From assembly GCA_965203485.1 (NCBI GenBank), contig OZ241892.1, forward strand, positions 2,976,001 to 3,040,000: DNA of 64,000 nucleotides. Direction: 5' to 3'. Position 1 is the first letter of the stretch. Each line of letters opens with the position of its first letter. Positions 1 to 15,000 of the stretch are shown one piece after another. A program made the position numbers and the translations under genes. Below the pieces are notes generated by a model. That model ran no database searches, had not been told where the DNA came from, and worked only from the letters and a program-made list of their open reading frames with translations. The stretch is from Longimicrobiales bacterium. Its GTDB lineage: Bacteria > Gemmatimonadota > Gemmatimonadetes > Longimicrobiales > Gaopeijiaceae.

Positions 1-3000
1 CGACAACGCGCCCGCGCCAACGCTGATCCCGTCCCTGTCGGCGTCCGCCGCCTGAACCACGTACGCGAACTCGAGCTCGGACGTGCCGCTCCCGCTCGCG
101 TAGCCCGCCTGCCGCGTCGCAGCGCCGATGCCCAGCGCCAGCTCGGGCGTGCCCGTCACCGCCACCGCGCGGTCGAAGCGCACCGCCACCCGTATCTCCT
201 CGCCCAGTCCGTACGACCCGCCGCTCGACGGCGCGCTCGCCAGCCGAGCGCCCGCAACCGCCGGCGCGCCCTCGACGCTGCCGTCCACCTTGTGCGCGCC
301 AGCGTTCGCGATCGCGCTCGAGCCCAGGCCCAGCCCGGCCGCCGTCGCCCCGTCGCGCGCGTCGGCTATCGCGCCGCCGTTCAACGACAGCGCGCTCGCG
401 CCCACGCTGATCCCGTCGGCGTCGGCGTCCGCAGACGCGACCACGTAGCCGAACACCAGCGCGCGCGTCCCGCTGCCGCCAGCGTAGCCCGCCTGCTTCG
501 TCGCGCTCCCGATGCCCAGCGCCAGCTGCGGCGCGCCCGTCACGACGACCGGGCGAGCGAACGTTACCCGTACCTCGATGCGCTCGCCCAACCCGTACGT
601 GTCGCCGCTCGCCGGCGCGCTCGTCACCGACGCCGCGCTCGGCGACGACGCCGTGAACGTCCCGCCCGCCACCTTGTGGCCCGCGCTGTTCGCCACCGCG
701 TGCGCGCCCAGGCCCAGCAAAGCGTCGGCCGTGCCGCCCGACACCTTGATCGTCCCGCCGTTCAGCGCCAACGCGCCCGCCGCGACGCTGAGCCCGTCGG
801 CGTCCGCGTCGGCGGACACGACCACGTACCGGAACGCCAGCGCAGCCGTGCCGCTGCCGCTCGCGTAGCCCGCCTGCTTCGTCGCAGCGCCGATGCCCAG
901 CGCCAGCTGCGGCGCGCCCGTCACCGCCACCGGCTTGTTGAACTCGACCTCGACCTCGACCGTGTCGCCGCGCTCGAACGTGTCGCCCACCTGCGGCGAC
1001 CCGATCGTCACGCCCATCACCCCCGGCGGGCCGCGCGTCGCGTCCACGCGGTGGCCCGCAGCGTCCGCGACCGCGCTCGACCCCAGGCCCAGCGCCGCCG
1101 CCGTCGAACCGTCGCGTCCGTCCGCGATCCCGCCGCCGTTCAGCGCCAAAGCGCTCGCGCCGATGCTGAGCCCGTCGGAGTCGGCGTCGCCCGCGACGAC
1201 CACGTAGCCGAACGCCAGCTGCGGCGTGCCCGTGCCGCCCGCGTAGTCCGCCTGCCGCGTCGCAGCGCCGATCCCCAGCGCCAGCTGCGGCGTGCCCGTC
1301 ACCGCCACAGCGCGCGCGAACGTCACCCGAACCTCGATCCGCTCGCCCAACCCGTACGTCGCGCCGCTCGCAGGACTGCTCGCGACCGCCACGCCCGTCA
1401 CGCCCGACGCCGTGAACGTCCCGCCCGCGACCTTGTGGCCCGCGCTGTTCGATATCGCGTGCGTGCCCAACCCCAGCGTCGCGTCCAGCGTGCCGCCCGC
1501 CAGCCGAACCGTACCGCCGTTCAATCCCAAAGCGCTCGTCGCGACGCTCAACCCGTCGGCGTCCACGTCCGCCGTCACCACCACGTAGCGGAACTCGAGC
1601 GACGACGTGCCGCTCCCGCTCGCGTAGACCGCCTGCTTCGTCGCGCTCCCGATCCCCAGCGCCAGCTGCGGCGCGCCCGTCACGTCCACCGAGCGGTTGA
1701 ACGCCAGCGCCGCCACTATCGTGTCGCCGCGCTCGAACGTCGTGCCCACCGGCGGCGAGCCGAGCGTCACGCCCGTCACGCCGGGCGGGCCCAGGTTCCC
1801 GTTCACCTTGTGCGCCACAGCGTTCGATATCGCATGGCTCCCCAGACCCAGGCCCGCAGCCTCGCTCGCGTCGCGCGCGTCGTCGATCGCACCGCCGTTC
1901 AGCGCCAGCGCGGCCGGCCCGATGCTCAAACCGTTCGCGTCCGCGTCCGCAGCCACCACCACGTAGCCGAACGCCAGCGTCTTCGTGCCCGTGCCGCTCG
2001 CATAGCTCGCCTGGCGCGTCTGCGCGCCGATCGTCAACGCCAGCTGCGGCGTGCCCGTCACCGCCACCGCGCGGTCGAACGTCACCTCGACCTCGATCCG
2101 CTCCGTGCGACCGTACGTGCTGTCGCTCGCTGGACTGCTCGTCACCGACACGCCGCTCACCGACGACGCCGTGAACGTCGCGCCCGACACGCGCAACGCG
2201 CCGTCGTTGCCGATCGCATGGCGCTCCAGGCTCAGCAACGCGTCCGTCGTCCCGCCCGCAACGTCGATCGTGCCGCCGTTCAGCGCCAGAGCGCTCGCGC
2301 CCACGCTCAACCCGTCGGCATCAGCGTCCGCCGTCGCCACCACGTACCGGAACACCAGCGCCGCCGTGCCCGTGCCCGATGCGTACGCCGCCTGCCGCGT
2401 CTGCGTGCCGATCCCCAGCGCCAGCTGCGGCGTCCCCGTCACGTCCACCGCCTTGTTGAACCGCACCGTCGCAACAATCGTGTCGCCGCGCTCGAACACC
2501 GCGCCCGCCGGCGGCGACGCCACCGCCAACCCCGTCACGCCAGGCGGGCCCAGCCCGCCGTTCACCTTGTGCGCCGCAGCGTTCGTTATCGCATGGCTCC
2601 CCAAGCCCAGGCTCGCAGCCGTCGCGCCCGGCCGCGCGTCCGCGATCGTCCCGCCGTTCAGCGCCAGCGCGCCCGCCGCGATGCTGAGCCCGTCGGCGTC
2701 CGCGTCGGCAGGCCGGATCGCGTACCCGAACACCAGCGTGTCCGCACTGCTCGACGCCGAATCGTAGTCGGCATGTCGCGTCGCGCTCCCGATCGTCAGC
2801 GCCAGACGCGGCGTCCCCGTCACCGCCACCGGACGGCTGAACGCCAGCTTCACCTCGACCGACTCGCCCAGCTGGTACGTGCTCGCGCTCGCTGGCGCGC
2901 TCGACACCGCCACCGCAGTCACCGCCGGCGTCGTGAACGTGCCGCCCGCCACCTTGTGGCCCGCGCTGTTCGTCACCGCGTGGCCGCCCAGTCCCAGCGT

Positions 3001-6000
3001 CGCGTCCAGCGTGCCGCCGGCGACCCTGATCGTCCCGCCGCTCAACGACAACGCGCCCGCTGCGATGCTGATGCCGTCGGAGTCCGCGTCGCCGCTCGCC
3101 ACCACGTACCGGAACGCCAGCGTGTCCGTGCCCGTACCGCTCGCGTAGCTCGCCTGCCTGGTCGCTGAACCAATCGCCAGCGCCAGCTGCGGCGCGCCCC
3201 CCACGTCCACCGCGCGGTTGAACACCAGCTCGACCTCGATCGTCTCGCCGCGCTCGAACACGTCGCCCACCGCCGGCGAACCGATCGACAGCGCCGTCAC
3301 GCCCGGCGGCCCGCGGCTGCCGTCCACCTTGTGCGCCGCAGCGTTCGATATCGCGGACGAGCCCAGACCCAGGCCCGCCGCCGTCGTGCCGCCCCGAGCG
3401 TCGTTGATCGTCCCGCCGTTCAGCGCCAGCGCGCTCGCCGCGACGCTGATCCCGTCCGTGTCCGCGTCCGCCGCCGCCACCACGTACCGGAACGCCAGCG
3501 CCGTCGTGCCGCTCCCGCTCGCGTACGCCGCTTGCCGCGTCTGACTCCCGACCCCCAGCGCCAGCTGCGGCGCGCCCGTCACGGCCACCGGGCGCGTGAA
3601 CGACACCTCGGCCTCGATCACCTCCGTTCGTCCGTACGTGCTGTCGCTCGACGGAGCGCTCGTGATCGCGACCCCGCTCGCCGCAGACGCCGTGAACGTG
3701 CCGCCCGCCACCTTGTGGCCCGTGCTGCGGATCACCGCGTGGCTGCCCAGCCCCAGCACCGCGTCCGTCGCCGTCCCCGACCGACGGATCGTGCCACCGT
3801 TCAGCCGCAAGTCGGACGCGCCGATGCCCAACCCGTCGGCATCCGCGTCCGCAGCCGCCACCACGTACCGGAACACCAGCGTGTCCGTCCCCGTCCCGCT
3901 CGCGTAGTCCGCCTGCTTCGAACCGCTCGCGAACCGCAGCTGCAGCTGCGGCGTCCCCGTCACCGCCACCGCCTTGTTGAACGCGACCTTGACCTCGATC
4001 GTCTCGCCGCGCTCGAACGTGTCACCCACCTGAGGCGCACCGATCAACAATCCCGTCACGCCCGGCGGTCCCTGTGCGCCGTCCACCTTGTGCGGCGCCG
4101 CGTTCGCGATCGCGCTCGAACCCAAGCCCAGGCTCGCCGCCGTCGAACCGTCGCGCGCGTCGTTGATCGTGCCGCCGTTCAACGCCAACGCGCTCGCACC
4201 GACGCTGACGCCGTCGCTGTCCGCATCCCCCGCCACCACCTCGTACCCGAACGTCAGCGTCTTCGTGCCGCCCCCGCTCGCGTGGCCCGCCTGCCGCGTC
4301 GCAGCCCCCACCGTCAGCGCCAGCTGCGGCGTGCCCGTCACGTTCACCGGCCGCACGAACGTCACCTCGACCTCGATCTCCTCGCCCAGCCCGTACGTGT
4401 CGCCGCTCGACGGAGCGCTCGATATCGTCACGCCGCTCACCGACGCCGCCGTGAACGTCCCGCCCGCCACCTTGTGCCCCCCGCTGTTCGTCACCGCGTG
4501 GCCGCCCAGCCCCAGCGTCGCGTCCAGCGTGCCGCCCGACAGCCGGATCGTGCCGCCGTTCAACGCCAGCGCGCTCGTCCCGATGCTGAGCCCGTCGGCG
4601 TCCGCGTCCGCAGTCACCACCGTGTACTGGAACACCAGCGACGTCGTGCCGCTCCCGCTCGCGTAGCTCGCCTGACGCGTCTGCGTGCCGATCGCCAGCG
4701 CCAGCTGCGGCGTGCCCGTCACCGCCACCGCACGGTTGAACGTCACCGTCGCCGCAATCGCGTCGCCCCGCTCGAACACGTCGCCCGCCGGAGGCGGCGC
4801 GACGACCAAGCCCGTCACGCCCGGCGGCCCCTGGTTGCCGTCCACCTTGTGCGCCGCCGCGTTCGCGATCGCGCTCGAACCCAGCCCCAGCCCCGCCGCC
4901 TCGCTCGCGTCGCGAGCGTCCGCAATCGTCCCGCCGTTCAGCGCCAATGCGCTCGCGCCGATGCTGATCCCATTCGCGTCCGCGTCCGCAGCCACCACCG
5001 CGTAGCCGAACGCCAGCGTCTTCGTGCCCGTCCCGCTCGCGTAGTCCGCTTGCCGCGTCTGCGTACCGATCGCCAGCGCCAGCTGCGGCGTGCCCGTCAC
5101 CGCCACGTTGCGGTCGAACGTCACCTCGACCTCGATCCGCTCCGTCCGGCCGTACGTGCTGTCGCTCGCTGGAGCGCTCGATATCGACACGCCGCTCACC
5201 GACGCCGCCGTGAACGTCGCGCCCGACACGCGCAACGCGCCGTCGTTGCCGATCGCATGGCGCTCCAGGCTCAGCAACGCGTCCGTCGTGCCGCCCGCCA
5301 CGTCGATAGTGCCGCCGTTCAGCGCCAGCGCGCTCGCCGCGATGCTGAGCCCGTCGGCGTCCGCGTCCGCAGCCACCACCACGTACCGGAACACCAGCGC
5401 CGTCGTGCCCGTCCCCGAAGCGTAGCCCGCCTGCCGCGTCTGCGTCCCGATCGACAACGCCAGCTGCGGCGTGCCCGTCGCGTCCACCGCCTTGTTGAAC
5501 GTCACCGTCGCAACCACCGTGTCGCCCCGCTCGAACGCGGCGCCCACCAGCGGCGCAGCCACCGTCAACCCCACGACGCCCGGCGGCCCCAGGCTGCCGT
5601 TCACCTTGTGCGAAGCGTCGTTCGTCACCGCGTTCGAGCCCAGGCCCAGCGCAGCAGCCTCGCTCGCGTCGCGCGCGTCCGCAATCGTCCCGCCGTTCAG
5701 CGCCAACGCGCTCGCGCCGATGCTGAGCCCGTCGGCGTCCGCGTCCGCCGGCCGGACCGCGTAGCCGAACACCAGCGTGTCCGCCGTGCTCGACGCCGCC
5801 TCCCAGCTCGCCTGCCGCGTCCGCGTCCCGATCCCCAGCGCCAGACGCGGCGTGCCCGTCACCGCCACAGGACGACCGAACGCCACCTTCACCTCGATCC
5901 GCTCGCCCAGCTGGTACGTGCTCGCGCTCGCCGGCGTGCTCGAGACCGTCACGCCGCTCACCGACGCCGCCGTGAACGTGCCGCCCGCCACCTTGTGGCC

Positions 6001-9000
6001 CCCGCTGTTCGTCACCGCGCTCCCACCCAGGCCCAAGGCCGCGTCCAATGTTCCGCCCGCGACCTTGATCGTCCCGCCGTTCAGCGCCAAAGCGCCCGCC
6101 GCGATGCTGAGCCCGTCCGCGTCCGCGTCGCCGCTCGCCACGACGTACCGGAACACGAGCGTGTCCGTGCCCGTACCAGCGGCGTAGCTCGCCTGGCGCG
6201 TCGCGCTCCCGATCGCCAGCGCCAACCGCGGAGTCCCCCCCACGTCCACCGACCGGTTGAACACCAGCTCGACCTCGATCGTCTCGCCGCGCTCGAACAC
6301 GTCGCCCACCGCCGGCGCGCTGATCGACAGCCCCGTCACGCCCGGCGGCCCGCGGCTGCCGTCCACCTTGTGCGCCGCCGCATTCGCAATCGCGTTCGAA
6401 CCCAGACCCAGCGCCGCAGCCGTCGCGCCGTCGCGCGCGTCGGCGATCGCGCCGCCGTTCAGCGCCAAAGCGCCCGCCGCGATGCCGATGCCGTCAGAGT
6501 CGGCGTCCGCAGCCGCCACCGTGTAGCCGAACGCCAGCGTCGCCGTGCCCGTGCCGCTCGCGTACGACGCCTGCCGCGTCTGCGCGCCGACCGTCAGCGC
6601 CAGCTGCGGCGTACCCGTCACCGCCACCCTGCGGTTGAACGTCACCTCCACCTCGATCCGCTCCGTCCGGCCGTACGTGCTGTCGCTCGCCGGCGCGCTC
6701 GTGATCGCGACCCCGCTCACCGACGCCGCCGTGAACGTGCCGCCCGCGACCTTGTGGCCCGCGCTGTTCGTCACCGCGCTCGGCCCCAGACCCAGCAAAG
6801 CGTCCGTCGTGCCGCCCGCCACGTCGATCGTCCCGCCGTTCAACGCCAGCGCGCCCGCCGCGATGCTCAACCCGTCCGCGTCCGCGTCGCCACTCGCCAC
6901 CACGTAGCGGAACACCAGCGACGCCGTGCCCGTGCCCGAAGCGTACGACGCCTGCCGCGTCGCAGAGCCGATCGTCAGCGCCAGACGCGGCGTGCCCCCC
7001 ACGTCCACCGCCTTGTTGAACGTCACCGTCGCCGCAATCGTGTCGCCCCGCTCGAACACGTCGCCCACCACCGGCGACGCGACAGACAGCGCCGTCACGC
7101 CCGGCGGCCCCTGCGCGCCGTCCACCTTGTGCGACGCCGCGTTCGCGACCGCGCTCGAACCCAGGCCCAGGCTCGCCGCCGTCGCGCCGTCGCGCGCGTC
7201 GACGATCGTCCCGCCGTTCAGCGCCAGCGCGCCCTCCGCGATGCTGAGCCCGTCGCTGTCCGCGTCGGACGCCGCGACCGCGTAGCTGAACGCCAGCGTC
7301 TTCGTGCCCGTGCCCGAGCCGTAGTCCGCCTGCACCGTGTCGGTCCCGACGCCGAGCGCCAGCTGCGGCGTGCCCGTCACGTTCACCGGCCGCACGAACG
7401 TCACCTCGACCTCGATCTCCTCGCCCAGCCCGTACGTGTCGCCGCTCGACGGAGCGCTCGATATCGTCACGCCGCTCACCGACGCCGCCGTGAACGTCCC
7501 GCCCGCCACCTTGTGGCCCCCGCTGTTCGTCACCGCGTGGCCGCCCAGCCCCAGCGTCGCGTCCAGCGTGCCGCCCGACAGCCGGATCGTGCCGCCGTTC
7601 AACGCCAGCGCGCTCGTCCCGATGCTGAGCCCGTCGGCGTCCGCGTCCGCAGTCACCACCGTGTACTGGAACACCAGCGACGTCGTGCCGCTCCCGCTCG
7701 CGTAGCTCGCCTGACGCGTCTGCGTGCCGATCGCCAGCGCCAGCTGCGGCGTGCCCGTCACCGCCACCGCACGGTTGAACGTCACCGTCGCCGCAATCGC
7801 GTCGCCCCGCTCGAACACGTCGCCCGCCGGAGGCGGCGCGACGACCAAGCCCGTCACGCCCGGCGGCCCCTGGTTGCCGTCCACCTTGTGCGCCGCCGCG
7901 TTCGCGATCGCGCTCGAACCCAGCCCCAGCCCCGCCGCCTCGCTCGCGTCGCGAGCGTCCGCAATCGTCCCGCCGTTCAACGCCAGCGCGGCCGGCCCGA
8001 TGCTCAACCCGTTCGCGTCGGAGTCCGCAGCCACCACCACGTAGCCGAACGCCAGCGTCTTCGTGCCCGTCCCGCTCGCGTAGCTCGCCTGGCGCGTCGA
8101 GTCGCCGATCGTCAACGCCAACTGCGGCGTGCCCGTCACCGCCACGTTGCGGTCGAACGTCACCTCGACCTCGATCCGCTCCGTCCGGCCGTACGTGCTG
8201 TCGCTCGCCGGACTGCTCGATATCGTCACGCCGCTCGCCGACGCCGCCGTGAACGTCGCGCCCGACACGCGCAACGCGCCGTCGTTGCCGATCGCATGGC
8301 GCTCCAGGCTCAGCAACGCGTCCGTCGTGCCGCCCGCCACGTCGATAGTGCCGCCGTTCAGCGCCAGCGCGCTCGCCGCGATGCTGAGCCCGTCGGCGTC
8401 CGCGTCCGCAGCCACCACCACGTACCGGAACACCAGCGCCGTCGTGCCCGTCCCCGAAGCGTAGCCCGCCTGCCGCGTCTGCGTCCCGATCGACAACGCC
8501 AGCTGCGGCGTGCCCGTCGCGTCCACCGCCTTGTTGAACGTCACCGTCGCAACCACCGTGTCGCCGCGCTCGAACGCGGCGCCCACCAGCGGCGCAGCCA
8601 CCATCAACCCCACGACGCCCGGCGGCCCCAGGCTGCCGTTCACCTTGTGCGAAGCGTCGTTCGTCACCGCGTTCGAGCCCAGGCCCAGCGCAGCAGCCTC
8701 GCTCGCGTCGCGCGCGTCCGCAATCGTCCCGCCGTTCAGCGCCAACGCGCTCGCGCCGATGCTGAGCCCGTCGGCGTCCGCGTCCGCCGGCCGGACCGCG
8801 TAGCCGAACACCAGCGTGTCCGCCGTGCTCGACGCCGCCTCCCAGCTCGCCTGCCGCGTCCGCGTCCCGATCGCCAGCGCCAGACGCGGCGTGCCCGTCA
8901 CCGCCACAGGACGACCGAACGCCACCTTCACCTCGATCCGCTCGCCCAGCTGGTACGTGCTCGCGCTCGCCGGCGTGCTCGAGACCGTCACGCCGCTCAC

Positions 9001-12000
9001 CGACGCCGCCGTGAACGTGCCGCCCGCCACCTTGTGGCCCCCGCTGTTCGTCACCGCGCTCCCACCCAGGCCCAAGGCCGCGTCCAGCGTGCCGCCCGCG
9101 ACCTTGATCGTCCCGCCGTTCAGCGCCAAAGCGCCCGCCGCGATGCTGAGCCCGTCCGCGTCCGCGTCGCCGCTCGCCACGACGTACCGGAACACGAGCG
9201 TGTCCGTGCCCGTACCAGCGGCGTAGCTCGCCTGGCGCGTCGCGCTCCCGATCGCCAGCGCCAACCGCGGAGTCCCCCCCACGTCCACCGACCGGTTGAA
9301 CACCAGCTCGACCTCGATCGTCTCGCCGCGCTCGAACACGTCGCCCACCGCCGGCGCGCTGATCGACAGCCCCGTCACGCCCGGCGGCCCGCGGCTGCCG
9401 TCCACCTTGTGCGCCGCCGCATTCGCAATCGCGTTCGAACCCAGACCCAGCGCCGCAGCCGTCGCGCCGTCGCGCGCGTCGGCGATCGCGCCGCCGTTCA
9501 GCGCCAAAGCGCCCGCCGCGATGCCGATGCCGTCAGAGTCGGCGTCCGCAGCCGCCACCGTGTAGCCGAACGCCAGCGTCGCCGTGCCCGTGCCGCTCGC
9601 GTACGACGCCTGCCGCGTCTGCGCGCCGACCGTCAGCGCCAGCTGCGGCGTACCCGTCACCGCCACCCTGCGGTTGAACGTCACCTCCACCTCGATCCGC
9701 TCCGTCCGGCCGTACGTGCTGTCGCTCGCCGGCGCGCTCGTGATCGCGACCCCGCTCACCGACGCCGCCGTGAACGTGCCGCCCGCGACCTTGTGGCCCG
9801 CGCTGTTCGTCACCGCGCTCGGCCCCAGACCCAGCAAAGCGTCCGTCGTGCCGCCCGCCACGTCGATCGTCCCGCCGTTCAACGCCAGCGCGCCCGCCGC
9901 GATGCTCAACCCGTCCGCGTCCGCGTCGCCACTCGCCACGACGTAGCGGAACACCAGCGACGCCGTGCCCGTGCCCGAAGCGTACGACGCCTGCCGCGTC
10001 GCAGAGCCGATCGTCAAGGCCAGACGCGGCGTGCCCCCCACGTCCACCGCCTTGTTGAACGTCACCGTCGCCGCAATCGTGTCGCCCCGCTCGAACACGT
10101 CGCCCACCACCGGCGACGCGACAGACAGCGCCGTCACGCCCGGCGGCCCCTGCGCGCCGTCCACCTTGTGCGACGCAGCGTTCGCAATCGCGCTCGAACC
10201 CAGGCCCAGGCTCGCAGCCGTCGAACCGTCGCGCGCGTCGACAATCGTCCCGCCGTTCAGCGCCAGCGCGCCCGCCGCGATGCTGAGCCCGTCGCCGTCG
10301 GCGTCGGACGCCGCGACCGCGTAGCTGAACGCCAGCGTCTTCGTGCCCGTGCCCGAGCCGTAGTCCGCCTGCACCGTGTCTGTCCCGATGCCCAGCGCCA
10401 GCTGTGGCGTGCCCGTCACGCTCACCACGCGAACGAACGACGCCTCGACCTCGATCCGCTCGCCCAAGCCGTAGGTGTCCCCGCTCGCCGGGCTGCTCGT
10501 GATCGTCACGCCGCTCACCGACGCCGCCGTGAACGTGCCGCCCGCCACCTTGTGGTTCGTGCTGTTCGCGATCGCGTGGCCGCCCAGGCCCAGCACCGCG
10601 TCCGTCGTGCCGCCCGCCACGTCGATCGTCCCGCCGTTCAGCGCCAGAGCGCCCGCCGCGATGCTGAGCCCGTCCGCGTCCGCGTCCGCCTGCACCACGA
10701 CGTAGCGGAACTCCAGCGACGCCGTGCCGCTGCCGCTCGCGTAGCCCGCCTGCCGCGTCTGCGCGCCGATCGCCAGCGCCAGCCGCGGCGCGCCCCCCAC
10801 GTCCACCGCCTTGTTGAACACGACCGTCGCCGCAATCGTGTCGCCCCGCTCGAACACGTCGCCCGCCGGCGGCGCCGCAATCGACACCCCGCTCACGCCC
10901 GGCGGCCCCCGGCTGCCGTCCACCGCATGGCCCGCGCTGTTCGCGATCGCACTCGCGCCCAGCCCCAGCGCGGCCGCCGTCGTGCCGTCGCGCGGGTCCA
11001 CGATCGTCCCGCCGTTCAGCGCCAGCGCGCTTGCGCCCACGCTCAGCCCGTCCGCGTCCGCGTCGCCCGCCGCCACCGTGTAGCGGAACTCCAGCTCGCG
11101 GTTGCCCGACGCCGCCGCGACGTACGCCGCCTGCCGCGTCTGCGCGCCAATCCCCAGCGCCAGCTCCGGCGCGCCCGTCACCGTCACGTTCCGGTTGAAC
11201 GTCACCGTCACGCCGATCTGCTCGCCCAGCTCGTACGTGCTCCCGTCCGACGGAGCGCTCGAAATCCCCGCCCACGTCACCGCCGGCGCCGTGAACGTGC
11301 CGCCCGCGACGCGGAAGCCGGACGCGTTGCTGATCGCTACGTGCTCGAGACTCAGCAAAGCGTCCGTCGTCCCGCCCGCCACGTCGATCGTCCCGCCGTT
11401 CAACCCCAGCGCGCTCGCCGCGATGCTCAGCCCGTCCGCGTCCGCGTCCGACTGCACCACCACGTAGCGGAACTCCAGCTCCGTCGCGCCCGTCCCGCTC
11501 GCGTACGCAGCCTGCCGCGTCGCGCTCCCGATGCCCAGCGCCAGCTGCGGCGTCCCCCCCACGTCCACCGCCTTGTTGAACCGCACGCTCGCGAAGATCG
11601 TGTCGCCCCGCTCGAACGTCTGCGCCGACAGCGGCGCCGTGACCGACAAGTGCGTCACGCCCGGCGGCCCCAGGCTGCCGTCCACCTTGTGCGCCGCCGC
11701 GTCCGCGATCGCATGCGACCCCAGGCCCAGGCTCGCCGCCGCCGCCCCCGCACGCACGTCGGCGATCGTACCGCCGTTCAGCGCCAGCGCGCTCGCGCCG
11801 ATGCTGAGCCCGTCGGTGTCCGCGTCCGCCGGACGAATCGCATACCCGAACACCAGCGTGTCCGCAACGCTCGTCGCCGACTCCCAGCTCGCCTGCCGCG
11901 TCCGGCTCCCGATCGTCAGCGCCAGCTCCGGCGCGCCCGTCACCGCCACCGGGCGGCCGAACGCCACCTTCACCTCGATCCGCTCGCCCAGCTGGTACGT

Positions 12001-15000
12001 GCTCGCGCTCGCCGGCGTGCTCGATATCGTCACCGCGCTCACCGCCGGCGTCGTGAACGTCCCGCCCGCCACCTTGTGGCCACCGCTGTTCGCGACCGCG
12101 TACGCGCCCAGGTCCAGCACCGCGTCCAGCGCCTCGCCCGACGCCCTGATCGTCCCGCCGTTCAGCGCCAAAGCGCTCGCGCCGATGCTGATCCCGTCCG
12201 CGTCCGCGTCGCCGCTCGCCACCACGTAGCGGAACACCAGCGTGTCCGTCCCCGTGCCGCTCGCGTAGCTCGCCTGCCGCGTCGCCGCGCCGATCGTCAG
12301 CGCCAGCTGCGGCGTGCCCGTCACGTCGACCGCCCTGTGGAACACCAGCTCGACCTCGATCGTCTCGCCACGCTCGAACACGTCGCCCACCGCAGGCGCC
12401 CCAATCGCCAAGCCCCTCGCCTCCGGCGCCCCCGTCGCACGCGTCACCGGCGGCGGCAGGCTGCCGTCCACCTTGTGCGCCGCCGCGTCCGCGATCGCGT
12501 TCGATCCCAAGCCCAGGCTCGCCGCCGTCGTGCCGTCGCGAGCGTCCGCGATCGTACCGCCGTTCAGCCCCAGCGCGCTCGCGCCGATGCTGATCCCCGT
12601 CGAGTCCGCGTCCGCCGCCGCCACCTGGTACGCGAACGTCAGCGTCGCCGTGCCCGTGCCGCCGGCGTACTCCGCCTGCCGCGTCAGCGTGTCGATCGCC
12701 AACGCCAGCTGCGGCGTGCCCGTCACCGTCACACGGCGGTTGAACGTCACCTCGACCGCGATCTCCTCCGTCTCCGCATACGTGCTGTCGCTCGCCGGCG
12801 CGCTCGCTATCGTCACCGCGCTCACCGCCGCCGCCGTGAACGTCCCGCCCGCAACCTTGTGGCCCGTGCTGTTGCTTACCGCGTGACTGCCCAGCCCCAG
12901 CAAAGCGTCCGTCGTGCCGCCCGCCACGTCGATCGTCCCGCCGTTCAGCGCCAATGCGCTCGCGCCGATGCTCAACCCGTCCGCGTCCGCGTCGCCACTC
13001 GCCACCACGTACCGGAACACCAGCGACGCCGTGCCCGTCCCCGAAGCATAGCTCGCCTGCCGCGTCGCCGAACCAATCCCCAGCGCCAGCCGCGGCGTGC
13101 CCGTCACGTCCACCGAGTCGGTGAACGTCACCGTCACCGCTATCGTGTCGCCGCGCTCGAACGTGTCGCCCACCACCGGCGAGCCGATCGACAACCCGCT
13201 CACGCCCGGCGGTCCCCGGGCGCCGTTCACCTTGTGCGCCGCCGCGTTCGCGATCGCATGGCTCCCCAACCCCAGCCCCGCCGCCGTCGCCCCGTCGCGC
13301 GCGTCGGCGATCGAACCGCCGTTCAGCGCCAGCGCGCTCGCGCCGATGCTGATCCCGTCCGAATCGGAGTCCGCAGCCTGCACCGCGTACCGGAACGCCA
13401 GCGTCTTCGTGCCGCTCCCGCTCGCGTACTCCGCCTGCCGCGTCTGCGAACCGATCCCCAGCGCCAGCTGCGGCGTGCCCGTCACCGTCACCGGCCGCGC
13501 GAACGACACCTCCACCTCGATCCGCTCCGTGCGGACGTACGTGCCGTCGCTCCCAGGCACGCTCGCTATCGCCACGCCGCTGACCGACGACGCCGTGAAC
13601 GTCCCGCCCGCCACCTTGTGGCCCGCGCTGTTCGCCACCGCGTGCCCGCCCAGGCCCAGCAGCGCGTTCGTCGTCGTGCCCGTCCGCCGGATCGTCCCGC
13701 CGTTCAACGCCAACGCGCTCGCGCCGATGCTCAACCCGTCCGCGTCCGCGTCCGCCGCCACCACCACGTACCGGAACACCAGCGACGCCGTGCCCGTCCC
13801 CGACGCGTAGCCCGCCTGCCGCGTCGCCGATCCAATCCCCAACGCCAGCTGCGGCGTCCCCGTCACCGCCACCGCCGCGTTGAACTCCACCGTCGCAACT
13901 ATCGTGTCGCCGCGCTCGAACACGTCGCCCACCACCGGCGCGCCGATCCCCAACGCGCTTACGCTCGGCGCGCCCACGCCGCCGTTCACCTTGTGCGCCG
14001 CGTCGTTGCTGAACACGCTCGCCGACGTGCCCAGCCCCGCAGCCGTCCCGCCCGCACGCGCGTCGTCGATCACCCCGCCGTTCAAAGCCAGCGCGCTCCC
14101 GCTCAGGCTGATCCCGTCCGCGTCCACGTCCGCAGCCGCCACCGCGTACCGGAACCGCAACCGCTTCGTGCCGCTCCCGCCCGCGTACGACGCCTGCCGC
14201 GTCGCGCTCCCGATCCCCAGCGCCAGCTGCGGCGTCCCCGTCACCACCACCGCCCGCTGGAACAACACCTCCAACTCGATCCGCTCGCCCAGCTTGTACG
14301 TGCTGTCGCTCGCCGGCACGCTCCGAACATGGACGTCCTCCACCGCCAGACCCGTGAACAGCGAGCCGTTCACCTGGTGACCCGAACTGTTCGCAATCGC
14401 GTGCGAACCCAGACCCAGAACGGCGTCCATCGTCGTGCCCGCCGCGCGGATCGTCCCGCCGTTCAACCCCAGCGCGCTCGCGCCGATGCTGATCCCGTCC
14501 ACGTCCCGGTCCGACTGCACCACCACGTACCGGAACACCAGCGTGTCCGTGCCCGTGCCCGACGCATATGCAGCCTGCCGCGTCTGCGAACCGATCCCCA
14601 GCGCCAGCCGCGGCGCGCCCGTCACCGCCACCGCCCTGCTGAACGACACACGAACATCGATCGCGTCGCCCCGCTCGTACTCCGAGTTGTACGGATCGTC
14701 CGCGAACGACACGCCGATCACCCCCGGCGTGCCCAGGCTGCCGTCCACCTTGTGCGCCGCCGCGTCGGACACCGCGTGAGCGCCCAGCCCCAGCGCCGCC
14801 GCCGTCGTGCCGTCGCGCGCGTCGGCGATCGTACCGCCGTTCAGCGCCAGCGCGCTCGCGCCGACGCCGATCCCAGTCGAGTCGCGGTCCGTCCCCTGCA
14901 CCGTGTACCGGAACGCCAGCGCCTTCGTGCCGCTCCCGCTCGCGTACGACGCCTGCCGCGTCTGCGTCCCGATCGTCAGCGCCAGCTGCGGCGTCCCCGT

